This document shows, piece after piece, positions 39,341-53,109 of a DNA stretch of 64,000 bases. Below the pieces are notes generated by a model. That model did not search any database, had not been told where the DNA came from, and worked only from the letters and a program-made list of their open reading frames with translations. A program made the position numbers and the translations under genes. The DNA is from Octopus sinensis. Its lineage: Eukaryota. Every line of letters begins with the position of its first letter. The first letter of the stretch is position 1. Location: contig NC_043012.1 of the NCBI RefSeq assembly GCF_006345805.1, forward strand, positions 30,194,001-30,258,000, given 5' to 3'.

Positions 39341-40631
39341 CGAGGGACGTTCAATAAGTAATGCCTCTGACCCACTTGCAGTTGTTTGATCTAGCTGAAA
39401 GTTTGCATGTGCAATCATTTATATCTCTATAGAGTAAGTGGCAAATTGCAGCTCTGAATTAATTGTGGTTTCTGATTTACAGGTGTTTGAACCGAGTCAA
39501 GTGTGAAATGGAGCCTGTTGAGTGTCGAGCAGTGATCCGGTTTTTGTATTGGAAAGGACGCACACCACGGGAGACTTTTGACGAAATGAAAGTAACTTAT
39601 GGTGATGATGCCCCATCATATGACCTTGTAAAACGCTGGCATCGTGAATTCAAACATGGTCGGAACTCTGTGGAAACAGCTCCCAGATCTGGTCGCCCCC
39701 TTCTGCCATTGATGAGGCATCTGTCCGTCAAGTTGAAGCTGCCATTTTGGAAGATCGACGCATAGTTATTCGCCAAATAGCCCATGAGGTCAAGATTAGT
39801 ACCGGGTCTGTAGAAACTATCATTCATGACCATTTGCATATGCAAAAGGTGTCTGCCAGATGGATTCCCAGGTTGCTCACGCCTTTCCAGAAGCAAGAAC
39901 GCGTCGAGTGCTCGAGGGTGAATTTGGAGATGTGCCAAGAAGATGAGTCAAATTTTTTCAAAAGACTGATTACACAGGATGAAACCTGGGTCCATCACGA
40001 TGATCCAGAGACCAAAGCCCAGTCAATGCAGTGGAAGCACCGTGACTCACCCCCTCCAAAGAAGGCAAGGGTGCAGCCCTCCGCTGGCAAGGTCATGCTC
40101 ACAGTCTTCTGGGACCAGGACGGAGTAGTGATGACAGATTCCCTGGCAAAGGGTACCACAATTGCAGGAGCCTATTATGCTTCACTTTTGAGGAAATTAA
40201 GAGAAGCTATCAAAATCAAGAGGCGGGGCAAGATCAGCAAAGGCATCCTCCTCCTGCAGGACAACGCTCCGGTCCACAACTCGCTTGTCGCCAGATCAGA
40301 AGCACAGGCGTATGGCTATGAACTCCTCCTCATCCCCCCTACTCTCCTGACCTTGCACCCTCTGATTTTCACCTCTTCCCAATCATGAAGTTGTTTTTGA
40401 AAGGAAAGCGTTTCCCAGATGATGCAGCCTTGATTTCTGAAGTCGCGTTGAGGTTGGAGGACCAAGCTGGGTTCTTCTACAAAAACGGTCTCCGGAGCCG
40501 CATCAAACGATGGGAGAAATGCGTAACTCTGGGTCGTTCCTATGTAGGAAAAGACTAATAACTGTGCCAAGTTTCGTTGCTCTACTGCTATGGGAAGTGG
40601 GTCAGGGGCATTACTTATTGAACGCCCCGCG
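39341..40631 (+). mobile_element. Full-length mariner DNA transposon (1291 bp)
   Basis: TIRs CGAGGGACGTTCAATAAGTAATGCC / GGCATTACTTATTGAACGCCCCGCG; TA duplication at 39339-39340 and 40632-40633. Confidence 0.95.
39508..40558 (+). pseudogene. Mariner DD34D transposase with two frameshifts
   Basis: N-terminal HTH ...PRSGRP, WIPRLL, TQDETW, LQDNAPVH and HPPYSPDLAPSDF; frameshifts near 39700 and 40330. Confidence 0.92.
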
Positions 40632-42366
40632 TATGAATTCATATTCATACCCATAATAACTGGAGCATTAGGTTTTGTTAGTAAATGCTTAAAGGAGAAT
40701 CTGGATAAACTGAGATTTTAAGAAAGAGAAATCGACCGGCTTATTCGTACATTACAAGTGCAATTTGTGAGTAAAAATATGCAAGGCTTTTCTCAAGTTC
40801 CAAATGTGAATTTGTCTGTGTTAACTACATCCCAAAGATGGAGCCTTGTATTTTTGTTGGAAACCGGATCCCTCCGCAGTGGAAGATTTCTAATAGTTAG
40901 AAAATAGAAGAGGCATGCCTACATACATGATGTTGAAATTCTCCCTTCAGCCTTCAGTCTCTTTCTCTATTGGCATGAAATCTTGAAATAAAACTGAACA
41001 ATGACATACATACATAATTTGTAGGATCACCGCGAAACAATGTCGTGATTGATGAGTTGTCAGAAAGAAAGAAACGTGCCTGGGTTTTGTAATGAGCAGC
41101 TCCACCTTAACCTGGCTGTCTTTAAGGAAGCGATCGTATTGAAAGGGAACTTTCAAGGACGCAGATCCCTAGCCTCGCCGGGAATACAGAGGATATCGCA
41201 TTAATAAGTATAATCGCTTTCTAATGTGCCAGTTACATTTTTATGCCACACCGCACCTTTACTTTGTTATTGACAGAGAATCTATTCTCTCTTCAACTCC
41301 TATTTTTACCTGGGTTTCATTAGCAAAGACTTCCGGTATCTATCTATGGCTCAAACACTCTCTTCCCCATTCATCTGAAATTATCTGCTGTCTCTACAAC
41401 TTCCTAATCTCTCCTAATCTCCATAATCTCTTTGAATTCCTTATTTCCTGCCTTGAAGAAATTTACCATTTATAATTCCTTAATTCGGCAGATCTTCTGC
41501 AACTTCAGTTTGAGCAGCTGTACTTATCTGTACTTGTGCTTACCTGTGGCATTTATTTACATCTCGACCTGTGTAACCGCTCGACATGCTTGAGATAACA
41601 GCGAAATGTCCCTTAAATTTCGCCCATCTCCGCTTTCTTAGAAAGGCCTGAATTTATTCACAGCTTAACAAATTTGAGTTAAAAAGTCTTTTGCGCTGTC
41701 TTGGTCACACAGATCACATAATAACTAATGAACCGGCATTTTGGTATCACGGGTCGATGCATTTCTTTTCATAGATATGGATAATAAAACTTAGCAGGAC
41801 TTGTGCTGCCCTCGATTTATTGTGACCCCTGCTCTATGTTAGTCCATAATTCAAACTAAATCACGATTTATGAACCCTCGGTACCTTCGACAAGTTTCTT
41901 CCATCGTATACTCATTTCGATTAAAGTCTTGTGACGGAAGACGGGATCTTTACAGAATCCCATCGAAGGGATCTTTACTGTTGTGAAACGCATTGTAAGT
42001 CAAGCATTACCATCTGGTTCCTTTCGGGTCATTTAAGAAAACCCTTTATTGCAAACGTTAGGTCCAGGGCTCCGGCGTGGGGATTCCTTCTTCTCTATTT
42101 CCCTCTATACACACAAGCCCAGAAAAGTGTCGCGGGTGCAGTCGACCGGCTACCAAGAGGATTCCGCTATAAACTACATTGTTATTGCGATGTTGTTGTC
42201 GGGGTGGTGGTGGTGGGTGTTTGGGGTGTTTAGTGATGTTATGCAGTTTGTTGTTATTGTTGTTGTTGCTATTGTTGGTGCTGTTAGTGTTGCAATTCCC
42301 GGTGGTATTCGTCTTAACCAATGATGGAACACACGATGTATTATTATGGTTGTCGTCACTAATCCA

Positions 42367-42479
<113 letters not shown>

Positions 42480-42520
42480 TCTCCCCCCCCACTTCTTGTT
42501 GTTTTAGCTAAGTTTGAATT

Positions 42521-42703
42521 TTTTTCTTTATTGCCCACAAGGGGCTAAACATAGAGGGGACAAACAGGGACAGACAAAGGCATTAAGTCGATTACATCGA
42601 CCCCAATGCGAGAGGATGAAAGGCAAAGTCGACCTCGGCAGAATTTGAACTCAGAACGTAAAGATAGGCGAAATACCGCTAAGCATTTCGCCCGGCATGC
42701 TAA
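42521..42703 (-). mobile_element. Family A SINE
   Basis: Reverse complement of the 4233-4463 copy with an internal deletion. Confidence 0.85.
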
Positions 42704-44489
42704 GTTTTAGAACACAATATGGCTATTTCTGCTGTTCCTGGTTTGGAGGTGTCGCGAATAAAGTGTTCTGAAGGAATATTACCGAACTAAGAGAATACAG
42801 GGAAAAGAAGAATTCAGGGCGAAAGCACAGATTAGCTAAGTGCTCTGCGAAATTCTGGAGGAGCTGCACTTTTGAGGTGCGGCACGTTTGCCCTAAATTC
42901 TTCTTCTCCTTGTATTATAATTAGCAGCATCTTCATTAAATGATGCTAATAATTAATGTATTAATTCAGTCAGTTTTCATTCAGAACAATGTTATCAAGA
43001 TTAATTAAATGTATAAACTATTACCGCTGATTTTAAAGTACAAATGGCTTTTAGAACAGAACTGACAGATTCCCTGAAACCTGTTTTGATTGGGTCAAAT
43101 GTCAAGCATGGCGCCGACAATCTTCTGTATTCGAGTAAATTCTGTCACAAATGGCCTTTGCTGGTTAGTTCACTGGGATGAGATAACTTCATTACGATGT
43201 TAATGCCTTTATATTTACGATCCTATTCCAGTATCCACCGCTCTAGATTGGGGACACAGCCACCTTAAATTTCTTAAAGGCTGGTAATTCTGATTAGAGA
43301 TTGCACTTGTTGATGATTGGTTGATTAATCGACAAGGCATTAATGCTCACTGGTTTATTTGGCAGCCTGATGAGTTGGGAGTCATGTAACATATTACATG
43401 ATCTAATCGATTGTATTATGCTTACGTCACAACAAAGACACCTAACGAAGCAGTTATAGACTCATTCGCCTGTTCTGTTACACACACACACACAAACACA
43501 TGCGCACATACACACACATACACACACACATGTATACATATCAATGTATCACTCTATGGGAAGACTATCGAATACGCGAACTTCGGACCGTGAGTGCTAT
43601 ACCCTAACCACTAGGCCCCCGCGCCATCGCACACACACGACCTGTTCCAGTGGCCTCTTAATCTGGACCAACTAAAATAAACAACTTCATTTTACTACGA
43701 TATTGAGTACAATATTGCCCCTCCCCATCTCTCTCTCCCTCTCTCGCTCCTCTCTCTCTCTCTCGGGAGAGACTTAGAGAAAGAGAGAGAGAGGGAGTGA
43801 GAGAAAGAGAGAGTGAGAGAAAGAGAGAGAGAGATCGTTTACAACATTGTTAGTTTTGATTTTGAAATTAACGTTAAATTAGGTTAATCGTCGCCATCTT
43901 GTTTGTCGAAACTTATTCAAACTGACAACGACTTCCTTTATAGATGTCATTGTTTCCCTGACTCCAACCTCTCTCTCTCTCTTCTCTCTCTCTTTATCTC
44001 CCTTTTCCTCTGCTTTCACTTTTTCTCCTTCTCTCTTTATCTCTCTATCTCTCACAACTCTCTCTTCCACTCACTCATTTCCTCTTTCTTCTTACTCTTT
44101 CTCCATTTCTTTCTCAAGTCTCTCTCTCTCTCTCTCTATCTGTTTTCTCTCCTCTATCCCTTCTCATCATTTTATTTCTTCTTATCCTCTTCTTGTAGTT
44201 CGCTTTCTATCTCCCTCTCGTGATTCCTCCTCCTCCTCCTCCTCCTCCTTTGTTTCATCATTCACTCTTTCACTGCTTTTCTCTCGCCTCTCTCCCCACC
44301 TCTTTATCTCCCTCTCTCTCTGTTCCTTTCTTTTCATAGCAGTATCAAAATTCTTCCTCCCCATCCTCCTCCTCGTCATCATCATCCTAGTCACCGTTGT
44401 TGTTGTTGTTGTTGTTGTTCTAGAGATGGGCCTCAATGGGAATTTCAGAGCCAAAAGGTGCAAAAGATTGCTGGTTTTTCTATTTATGT

Positions 44490-44514
44490 TGATATATATA
44501 TATATATATATATA

Positions 44515-44547
<33 letters not shown>

Positions 44548-44652
44548 TTAATATTTTATTTTGGAGGTGGAGAATTGGGAGGGGGAGGGGTTTACTGTTA
44601 GTTCTGGGTCATCTCTATGTAATGGAGTGCGTTAACACACACACATTGGTGA

Positions 44653-44718
<66 letters not shown>

Positions 44719-44719
44719 G

Positions 44720-44768
<49 letters not shown>

Positions 44769-44879
44769 TCGCATACACACACATACATACATACATATGT
44801 AAGGGCATATATACATGCCTCAGCATGGTCGCAGTCAAATAACTGAAACAAGTAAAAGAGAATATCTATCTACCTACCC

Positions 44880-44956
<77 letters not shown>

Positions 44957-44961
44957 CCTAC

Positions 44962-44995
<34 letters not shown>

Positions 44996-45030
44996 CTCTA
45001 TCTATCTATCTATCTATCTCTATCTATCTA

Positions 45031-45110
<80 letters not shown>

Positions 45111-45135
45111 ATATATATATATATGCACATACATA
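44490..45135. repeat. (TA)n, (TATG)n, (TATC)n and (TC)n microsatellite block
   Basis: Seen directly. Confidence 0.95.
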
Positions 45136-47603
45136 CATATAAACACAAACACACATCCATTTTCCAGTTTCATAGGTTGTACCCATGCTGGGGCACCACC
45201 TTCGTGGATTTAACCGATTCCTATCAAACAGTACTTATAGACCAAAGTGTGTTACGTATTATTTTAATCGATATCAAATTGTCGAACGACTAAGTAACAG
45301 GACAGAAACAACATCGGTTTTAAGAGATATTAACAGTCCCACTTGGTGCACATTTACACACTCTCACACAGACACATACACACATACACGCACAAACACA
45401 CACACCTATGTACTGCAACTATATCTAGGGCGGTGCTGTTACTACTCATACAAACATCGAAGATCCCCTTCTCCAATCTTCTGTCGCCCACCAGTACACA
45501 AACTGACTGGGGCAACAAGGGAGCCTGGATATAAACACTTGACCGGCTAGAAATAGTAACCAAGTGGCATTCAAATCACGCACTCTACTGGTTCTGAGGT
45601 TCCTTGCATCTATGGAGTGGTCAGGGCTGGAACGCCTTTGATAATATATATCAGTTCGACAACCAGAACAAGATTAAGAACAGCAAGAAGAGCAACTGCG
45701 GCACCAACAACAGCAACAACAATAAGCCCTCTTTTCTAGATCCATCGTTTTGCCCTCTTCCTCTCTTCTCTCCTTCCTGTCTTCGCAACTTCATTGCTAT
45801 GTTGTGTGTAATTTAGTCCCAAATCCAACAGATTAACCTAACTCTTAGGCACCCCCACCTCACCCCTTACTCAATCTGTGTATAATCACCAAACTTTACC
45901 AATCCTCTCCCCACCCCACCCCACGTTGACAAATCTTTCCCTTTCATAACTGTGGAACCCTGGAATTCTTTTCCGCCCACGCGCTCCCCATGTGTCTTCC
46001 CCATCCCCCCCCAACTCCCGCAAAAATTGGTTTCCAGAAGCTTTAAGTTGAATAACAACCACGTCAGCATCACCAGTCAGGGCGAGGGAGGGAGAGGAGG
46101 GGGGGACATTAAAATGTTGAGGGATGTCATCCCGCAACAACTTGATAATAACAACAAAAACAAAAACAAAAACAAAACAACAACAACAACAGCAACGGTA
46201 GTGATGATGATGATGATGATGGTTTCTTTCATGTGCCATAGGGGTAAAGATGCGAGAGACATTACAAGGACAGGCTACAATTTGTGTGGGGTTTACATGA
46301 GGGGAACGAAAGACAAAAAACAGTGAAAGGCGATAAAAGCATGCATAATGCACAACGCATGTGGACCTTTGAATGATGCAGCTTTCTTGATAAAGGAGAC
46401 TCTGCAACTTGAAGCAATGCAGGAACTCCAAGGAGCCAGGTTTTCTCTAATCGTCAAAGGAACAAATCCTTGCCCAAATCTACAGACGCACACTTAATAT
46501 AGGTACTTGTACACGCGGCGGCATTCGTTCGGGGTGGGTTGCACGACCAACGAGTTTACCATGCTCCCACAAAAATGCTAACCTTAACCCATCGGTCGGC
46601 CCTAATACTTCAGTGGGCAAATTAATGTTTCTATCTGCGACCCCAAAATCCAACCTGCAAGTTTGACTAATGCCCTACTTGAGGGAGCAAGCGCGTCGGA
46701 TAGCGCAGACGCCTTGACTGTAGTAGTCATTCATTGCTGAAGTGTATTGAACATGAACATAAACTCAAAGTGAGTCCATTTACTCCAACCATTCTTGCCA
46801 CCTTTTCACGAATTCACTGGTAAAAGCCCAATAATTTTGAAGATGCATTGAATAAAATTTATTCAAGTAGAGTCATATTTTAGAAGCTCGTCTCGAAGGG
46901 GACTACTTTCGTAGCGGTGGGTCTTCACACGTTCGAGTGTACTCGAGCATGATAAATATAACTTTACATAAGTAGATTTTATTTAACGCTGCTTTGTGGA
47001 ACTTATATTTACACATATACTATGTATGTGTGTGTGAATGCATGTGTATGTGCGCGTGTGTGTGTGTGTGTGTGAGTGTGTACGTTATTCTTTACGATTA
47101 GTCATCTGACTGTGGCCATGCTGGTGTACCACTGTTGTTGTTTAGTTTATGACCGGTAACTTAGCTGTTTAACAAATGGATATCGATAATATATGCACCA
47201 AAGTAAAAACAAAGTTCAGATTATCTGATGCAGAACTCTATCAATGCTGCAGAGTACAAATATATATGGATTCTATCAAAAAGTGACAACCTGCCCGCAA
47301 CTGCTTAAAATACATGATTTTGTTGAATGATAAGTGACACAGACATCGACAACATCCTGTACTCCCGGACATCTTTGTTCTTTTACAACGACTCCCCCTG
47401 GGTCAAGATTCTTTGTTCGATGTGCCGATGGTCACGTATGATGGAGCAGATTTAATGTATGCTGATGGGTTTATAAACAACATTTACAAATAGAAGACTG
47501 TCTTTAGAAGGAGGCTTGTACAGGGATGACGGCCTCACTGTCAACCGTAATACGAACAGAAGTGAGAAGAAGAATCTTATTGTATAGTTCCAGCCGATGG
47601 GCA

Positions 47604-47675
<72 letters not shown>

Positions 47676-48082
47676 CTCTCTCTCTCTCTCTCCCTCTATA
47701 CATGCATACATATATACATACATACATACATACATACATACATACATACATACATACATACATACATACATACATACATACATGTATGTATGTGTACATA
47801 CATTCATGCACATACACACATCACATACCAAATCCCATACGCATCCACGTTCATACACAAAACAGATGAAACTAAACAGAAGATGTAAATGAGAATATAA
47901 GATGTTACCAATTAGGTGTGAGTGCGCGCGCGAATGTGTGTGAGAAAGAGAGAGAGAAAGAGAGAGAGAGTTAGTTTTGCAAATACCTTACACTCAAGCT
48001 TCATTCATATACACTCCTGCTGTGGTTATATAGCACATTCTATATGTCAACTAGGGAGATTCGGATGCATTATATATAGCCA

Positions 48083-48128
<46 letters not shown>

Positions 48129-48522
48129 CCTCTCTGTGTGTCTCTGTCTCTCCGTCTCTCTGTCTCTCTGTCTCTCTCTCTCTCTCTACCATTTGGCTCG
48201 CTTATGTATATACACAAACATAGTGACATATTTGTTAGGATTCGAAGTGTGTGAGTGTGTGTGTGTGTGAGGGGTGGGGAGGGGGAGGAGACATTGTATC
48301 GGAAATAAAGATGTCATTTAATTAGCTAAATTAATTGAAGATGATTTAAAAGCTCCATTTGGCCTCGCTCTCTGTCTGTCTGTCTGTCTGTCTCTCGTAT
48401 TTTCCTCCTCCTCTCCCTCCTTTAGACATGCATACATACATGTACACACACACACAAAACATGCGCGCGCATATATCTTCGACTTTAGATTTATGTATGT
48501 ACACACACACGTGCGCGCGCGC

Positions 48523-48553
<31 letters not shown>

Positions 48554-48556
48554 GCG

Positions 48557-48590
<34 letters not shown>

Positions 48591-48842
48591 GCCTGGTGGT
48601 ATTAGTTTCAGCTCTTTACACTTTAAGATCAAAACTGACGGAAGTTAACTTAAATTTATGTTTATTCTTTCGGGGTCGATAAATAAACTACCAATGATGC
48701 ACTGGGTCAATTCTTCTCTCTTTGTTTCTGTCTTACAGAAATCAGACGTATTTAATCTGACAGAACATAAAATTATTCATCGCTCCCCCCTAATCCCCAC
48801 TCTGACATAGTACCACACTCTTTGAGAAGCACCCATATACAC

Positions 48843-48938
<96 letters not shown>

Positions 48939-49537
48939 CACACAAAAGGTTTAAAACTCCCAACTCATGTCGTATGTTATAACACAGCACCTCTTCCACC
49001 ACTACATCACGTGTTAAAAGATTCCTGTCCTATGTTGTGACATTCAGTCGGTTTCATGATTTTCCCGTTCTCATCTTCTGAATGAAGTTATAGCAGTGAC
49101 TGTTGTTTCTGTCATTTAGTTGTAGTCGACAATTGTTGGGGTGACGTTTCGTCTGTTTCTTATTCCTTTTATTTAAACTTGACAGTTTTTTTTAGTAAAT
49201 TTTGTACTTTCTATTTTTCATTGTGAGCACCAAATTATTGTTAGAAATCAGCAACTAGTGTTTAGTTATGGCATTTGGAGTTAGTTGTTGCTGTTGCTTG
49301 GGCGCATGTCAACAACAGCTGTTGAACTCCCTCGAATCTTTCCACAGAGCAAACTTCGTTTTGTTGCGGATATGTAGTCACGCCGCCGCCACCCTTACAT
49401 CGAAGCAGAATTCGTGGTTACGTGTTACCGCAAGCAACGGGCCCATTGCACCAGACGCCTGGCAAACAATCTTTAGCTTCACACACACACACACAAACAT
49501 ACACACACACACACACACACACAACACACACACACAC

Positions 49538-49576
<39 letters not shown>

Positions 49577-50459
49577 GTATGTATATATATATATTCGCAG
49601 AATTATCATGGGAGTTCTGCTAATAACAAAATATGACGGAAACTTGAAACTACACCAGCATGGTTTTTAACTGCGATGACTAAGACAAAGAAAGATCTTA
49701 AAAACTAAAAGCCAAAGACAACTCACAGATACTGCACAAACAGCGCACAAAGGCCGCACAAATAGCGCACAAGACAGCGCTCAGGACAGTGCACAGAGTG
49801 GACAGTTTGAGAACAGACTAAGAGCAAATATCAAATATCAAATCCATGGTCTGCACCGGAAAAGTAAAAAAAAAAAAAAGAAAAAAAGTGAGCAAAACGA
49901 ATCAAAATTATTGGATAAATTATTGGATTTGTGTTTCAGGAGAAACAATCTTCTTCAAAGCGGGAAACGGTGTTTGGTCAATCATGTGTTGTTGAATATG
50001 ATGAGTGATGTGCTATGTGTTTGATGAGTGGTGAGTGGTTGTATATTAGGTGAATGACGCGTTGTTAAACATGAGTGACGAGTTATTGCATAGTAGGTGA
50101 GTGGTGAGTTGTTATATATGAGTAATGAGTGATGAGTCGTTTAGTTGATTGTAAGCAGTAACAGAGTGGTGCAGAATAGCGATTGGTATACATCACTTTG
50201 AAATACTTTGTGCGAACATATGTATATGTGAGAGTATCAATCAATCAATCAGTCGATCAATCAATCAATCAATCAGTCAAGCTATCAATCAGTCAATGTA
50301 CCTGTCTGTCTCTCTGTCCGCCCGTCCGTCCGTCCTTACGTTTGTCTGTCTGTCTGTCTCTCTCAATGCATGTGTGTAAATGTGTATGCACATTTCTTTT
50401 TTGGGAGAGTGTATCTCGAAGCACACTCAAACATAAAACTATAAACAATCCTTTCAACT

Positions 50460-50905
50460 GACGGCACAAGGTCTTGAAATTTGGAGGGAGGGGACTGGTC
50501 GTTTACATCGACCCCAGTGTTTCACTGGTACTTAAATTTATCGACCCCGAAAGAATGAAAGGCAAAGTCGACTTCGGCGGAAAAATATAAAATGGGTGAC
50601 CCCCTTTGGTCATGAATGACCATGGGATTGCACCTGCAAAGTTATCCTCCGAAGCACAAGTCCGGGTAAGGTCTTTTATGGAAGACCAGCAGTCGCCCAT
50701 GCATACCAGCCTTCGCTCTCCACACCACTGATGTTATCCAAGGGAAAGGCAAAGGGGCCGATACAGCTTGGCACCTGAGTTAACTGGAGCAACGTGAAAT
50801 AAAGTGCCTTGCTCAAGGACACAACATGCAGCCCGGTCCGGAAATCGAACTCACAACATCACGATCGTAAGCTAGGCGCTCTAACCACTGAGCCATGGAC
50901 CTTCA
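50460..50905 (-). mobile_element. Family A SINE fragment (50460-50580) adjoining a distinct tRNA-headed SINE (50590-50905)
   Basis: Minus-strand head TGGCTCAGTGGTTAGAGCG...GAGTTCGATTTCC followed by TGTGTCCTTGAGCAAGGCACTTTA, a typical tRNA-SINE body. Confidence 0.75.
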
Positions 50906-51035
50906 CTGAGAAATAATATAGAAATATAAATAATAATATGTAAATATTGGGTTGAAAATCCCTTTTGGAAAAAATGGAAGAGTTTAAAATATACCCAAAA
51001 CGAAATGTTTCACATTCTCTCAAAATTCTTGTAAA

Positions 51036-52330
<1,295 letters not shown>

Positions 52331-52429
52331 TATATATATATATTTAAAAATTAAGGGTAGAAATTGATATTAGTCAATTAAAACAAGTGGTCTAGCACAT
52401 TAAAAGAATCCGAAGATTAAAATATTTAT

Positions 52430-52692
52430 ATATACCATTAAGGACTGAACACGAAAAGGTGGACAGTCAACATGCTAGATATAGACGTGTCAAATCGCCA
52501 TTCAATAGCTGAAACTGCAGTACGTAGGTAATTATTCCATTTAGTATATTTCTTTTGTCTCATCCATTGCTTTAGGTCGTGCTGAATTTTATTTTATTTG
52601 AGAACATAATCCTTGTGGAGAATGGCGATTTGACGTCTATATCTAGCATGTTGACTGTCCACCTTTTCGTGTTCAGTCCTTAATTGGTATAT
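52430..52692. repeat. ~66-bp inverted repeat pair in a segment embedded in (TA)n
   Basis: 52438-52503 and 52620-52683 are reverse complements apart from a 2-bp indel. Confidence 0.9.
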
Positions 52693-53012
52693 ATATATAT
52701 ATATATATTATATTATATTATAATTATATATGCATATACACATTTGTATGTATGTCTTTATATATGTATATGTAATATATGTTTTGTGCGTATGTACGTA
52801 TGTAGTTGTGCAAATGTGTTTGTGCGTGCCTGTTTATGTGTGTGTGTATGTGTATATGAATATATATGCCTGTTTCTATGTATATATACATTCTCATATA
52901 TGAATATGTGTAGAAAGGCTCAGGCCTGTGTACAACGGAACAGCTTGATCTCATTACTGCGTGTGTGTCTATCTATGTGCACAGTCTTAAAGTATGTATA
53001 GCAACTACTACT

Positions 53013-53108
<96 letters not shown>

Positions 53109-53109
53109 A

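Larger units (their letters stand above)
37955..40900 (+). mobile_element. 5'-truncated R4/Dong-type RLE LINE, interrupted by a mariner
   Basis: RT FVDDLKIYA, RLYLRRNEDGRGL, knuckle CRL..EDITHVISSC, and RLE RHD/RPDI/IIEVSC. The frame continues across the mariner as LLYLD-Y-EFIFIPIITGALG. Confidence 0.88.
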
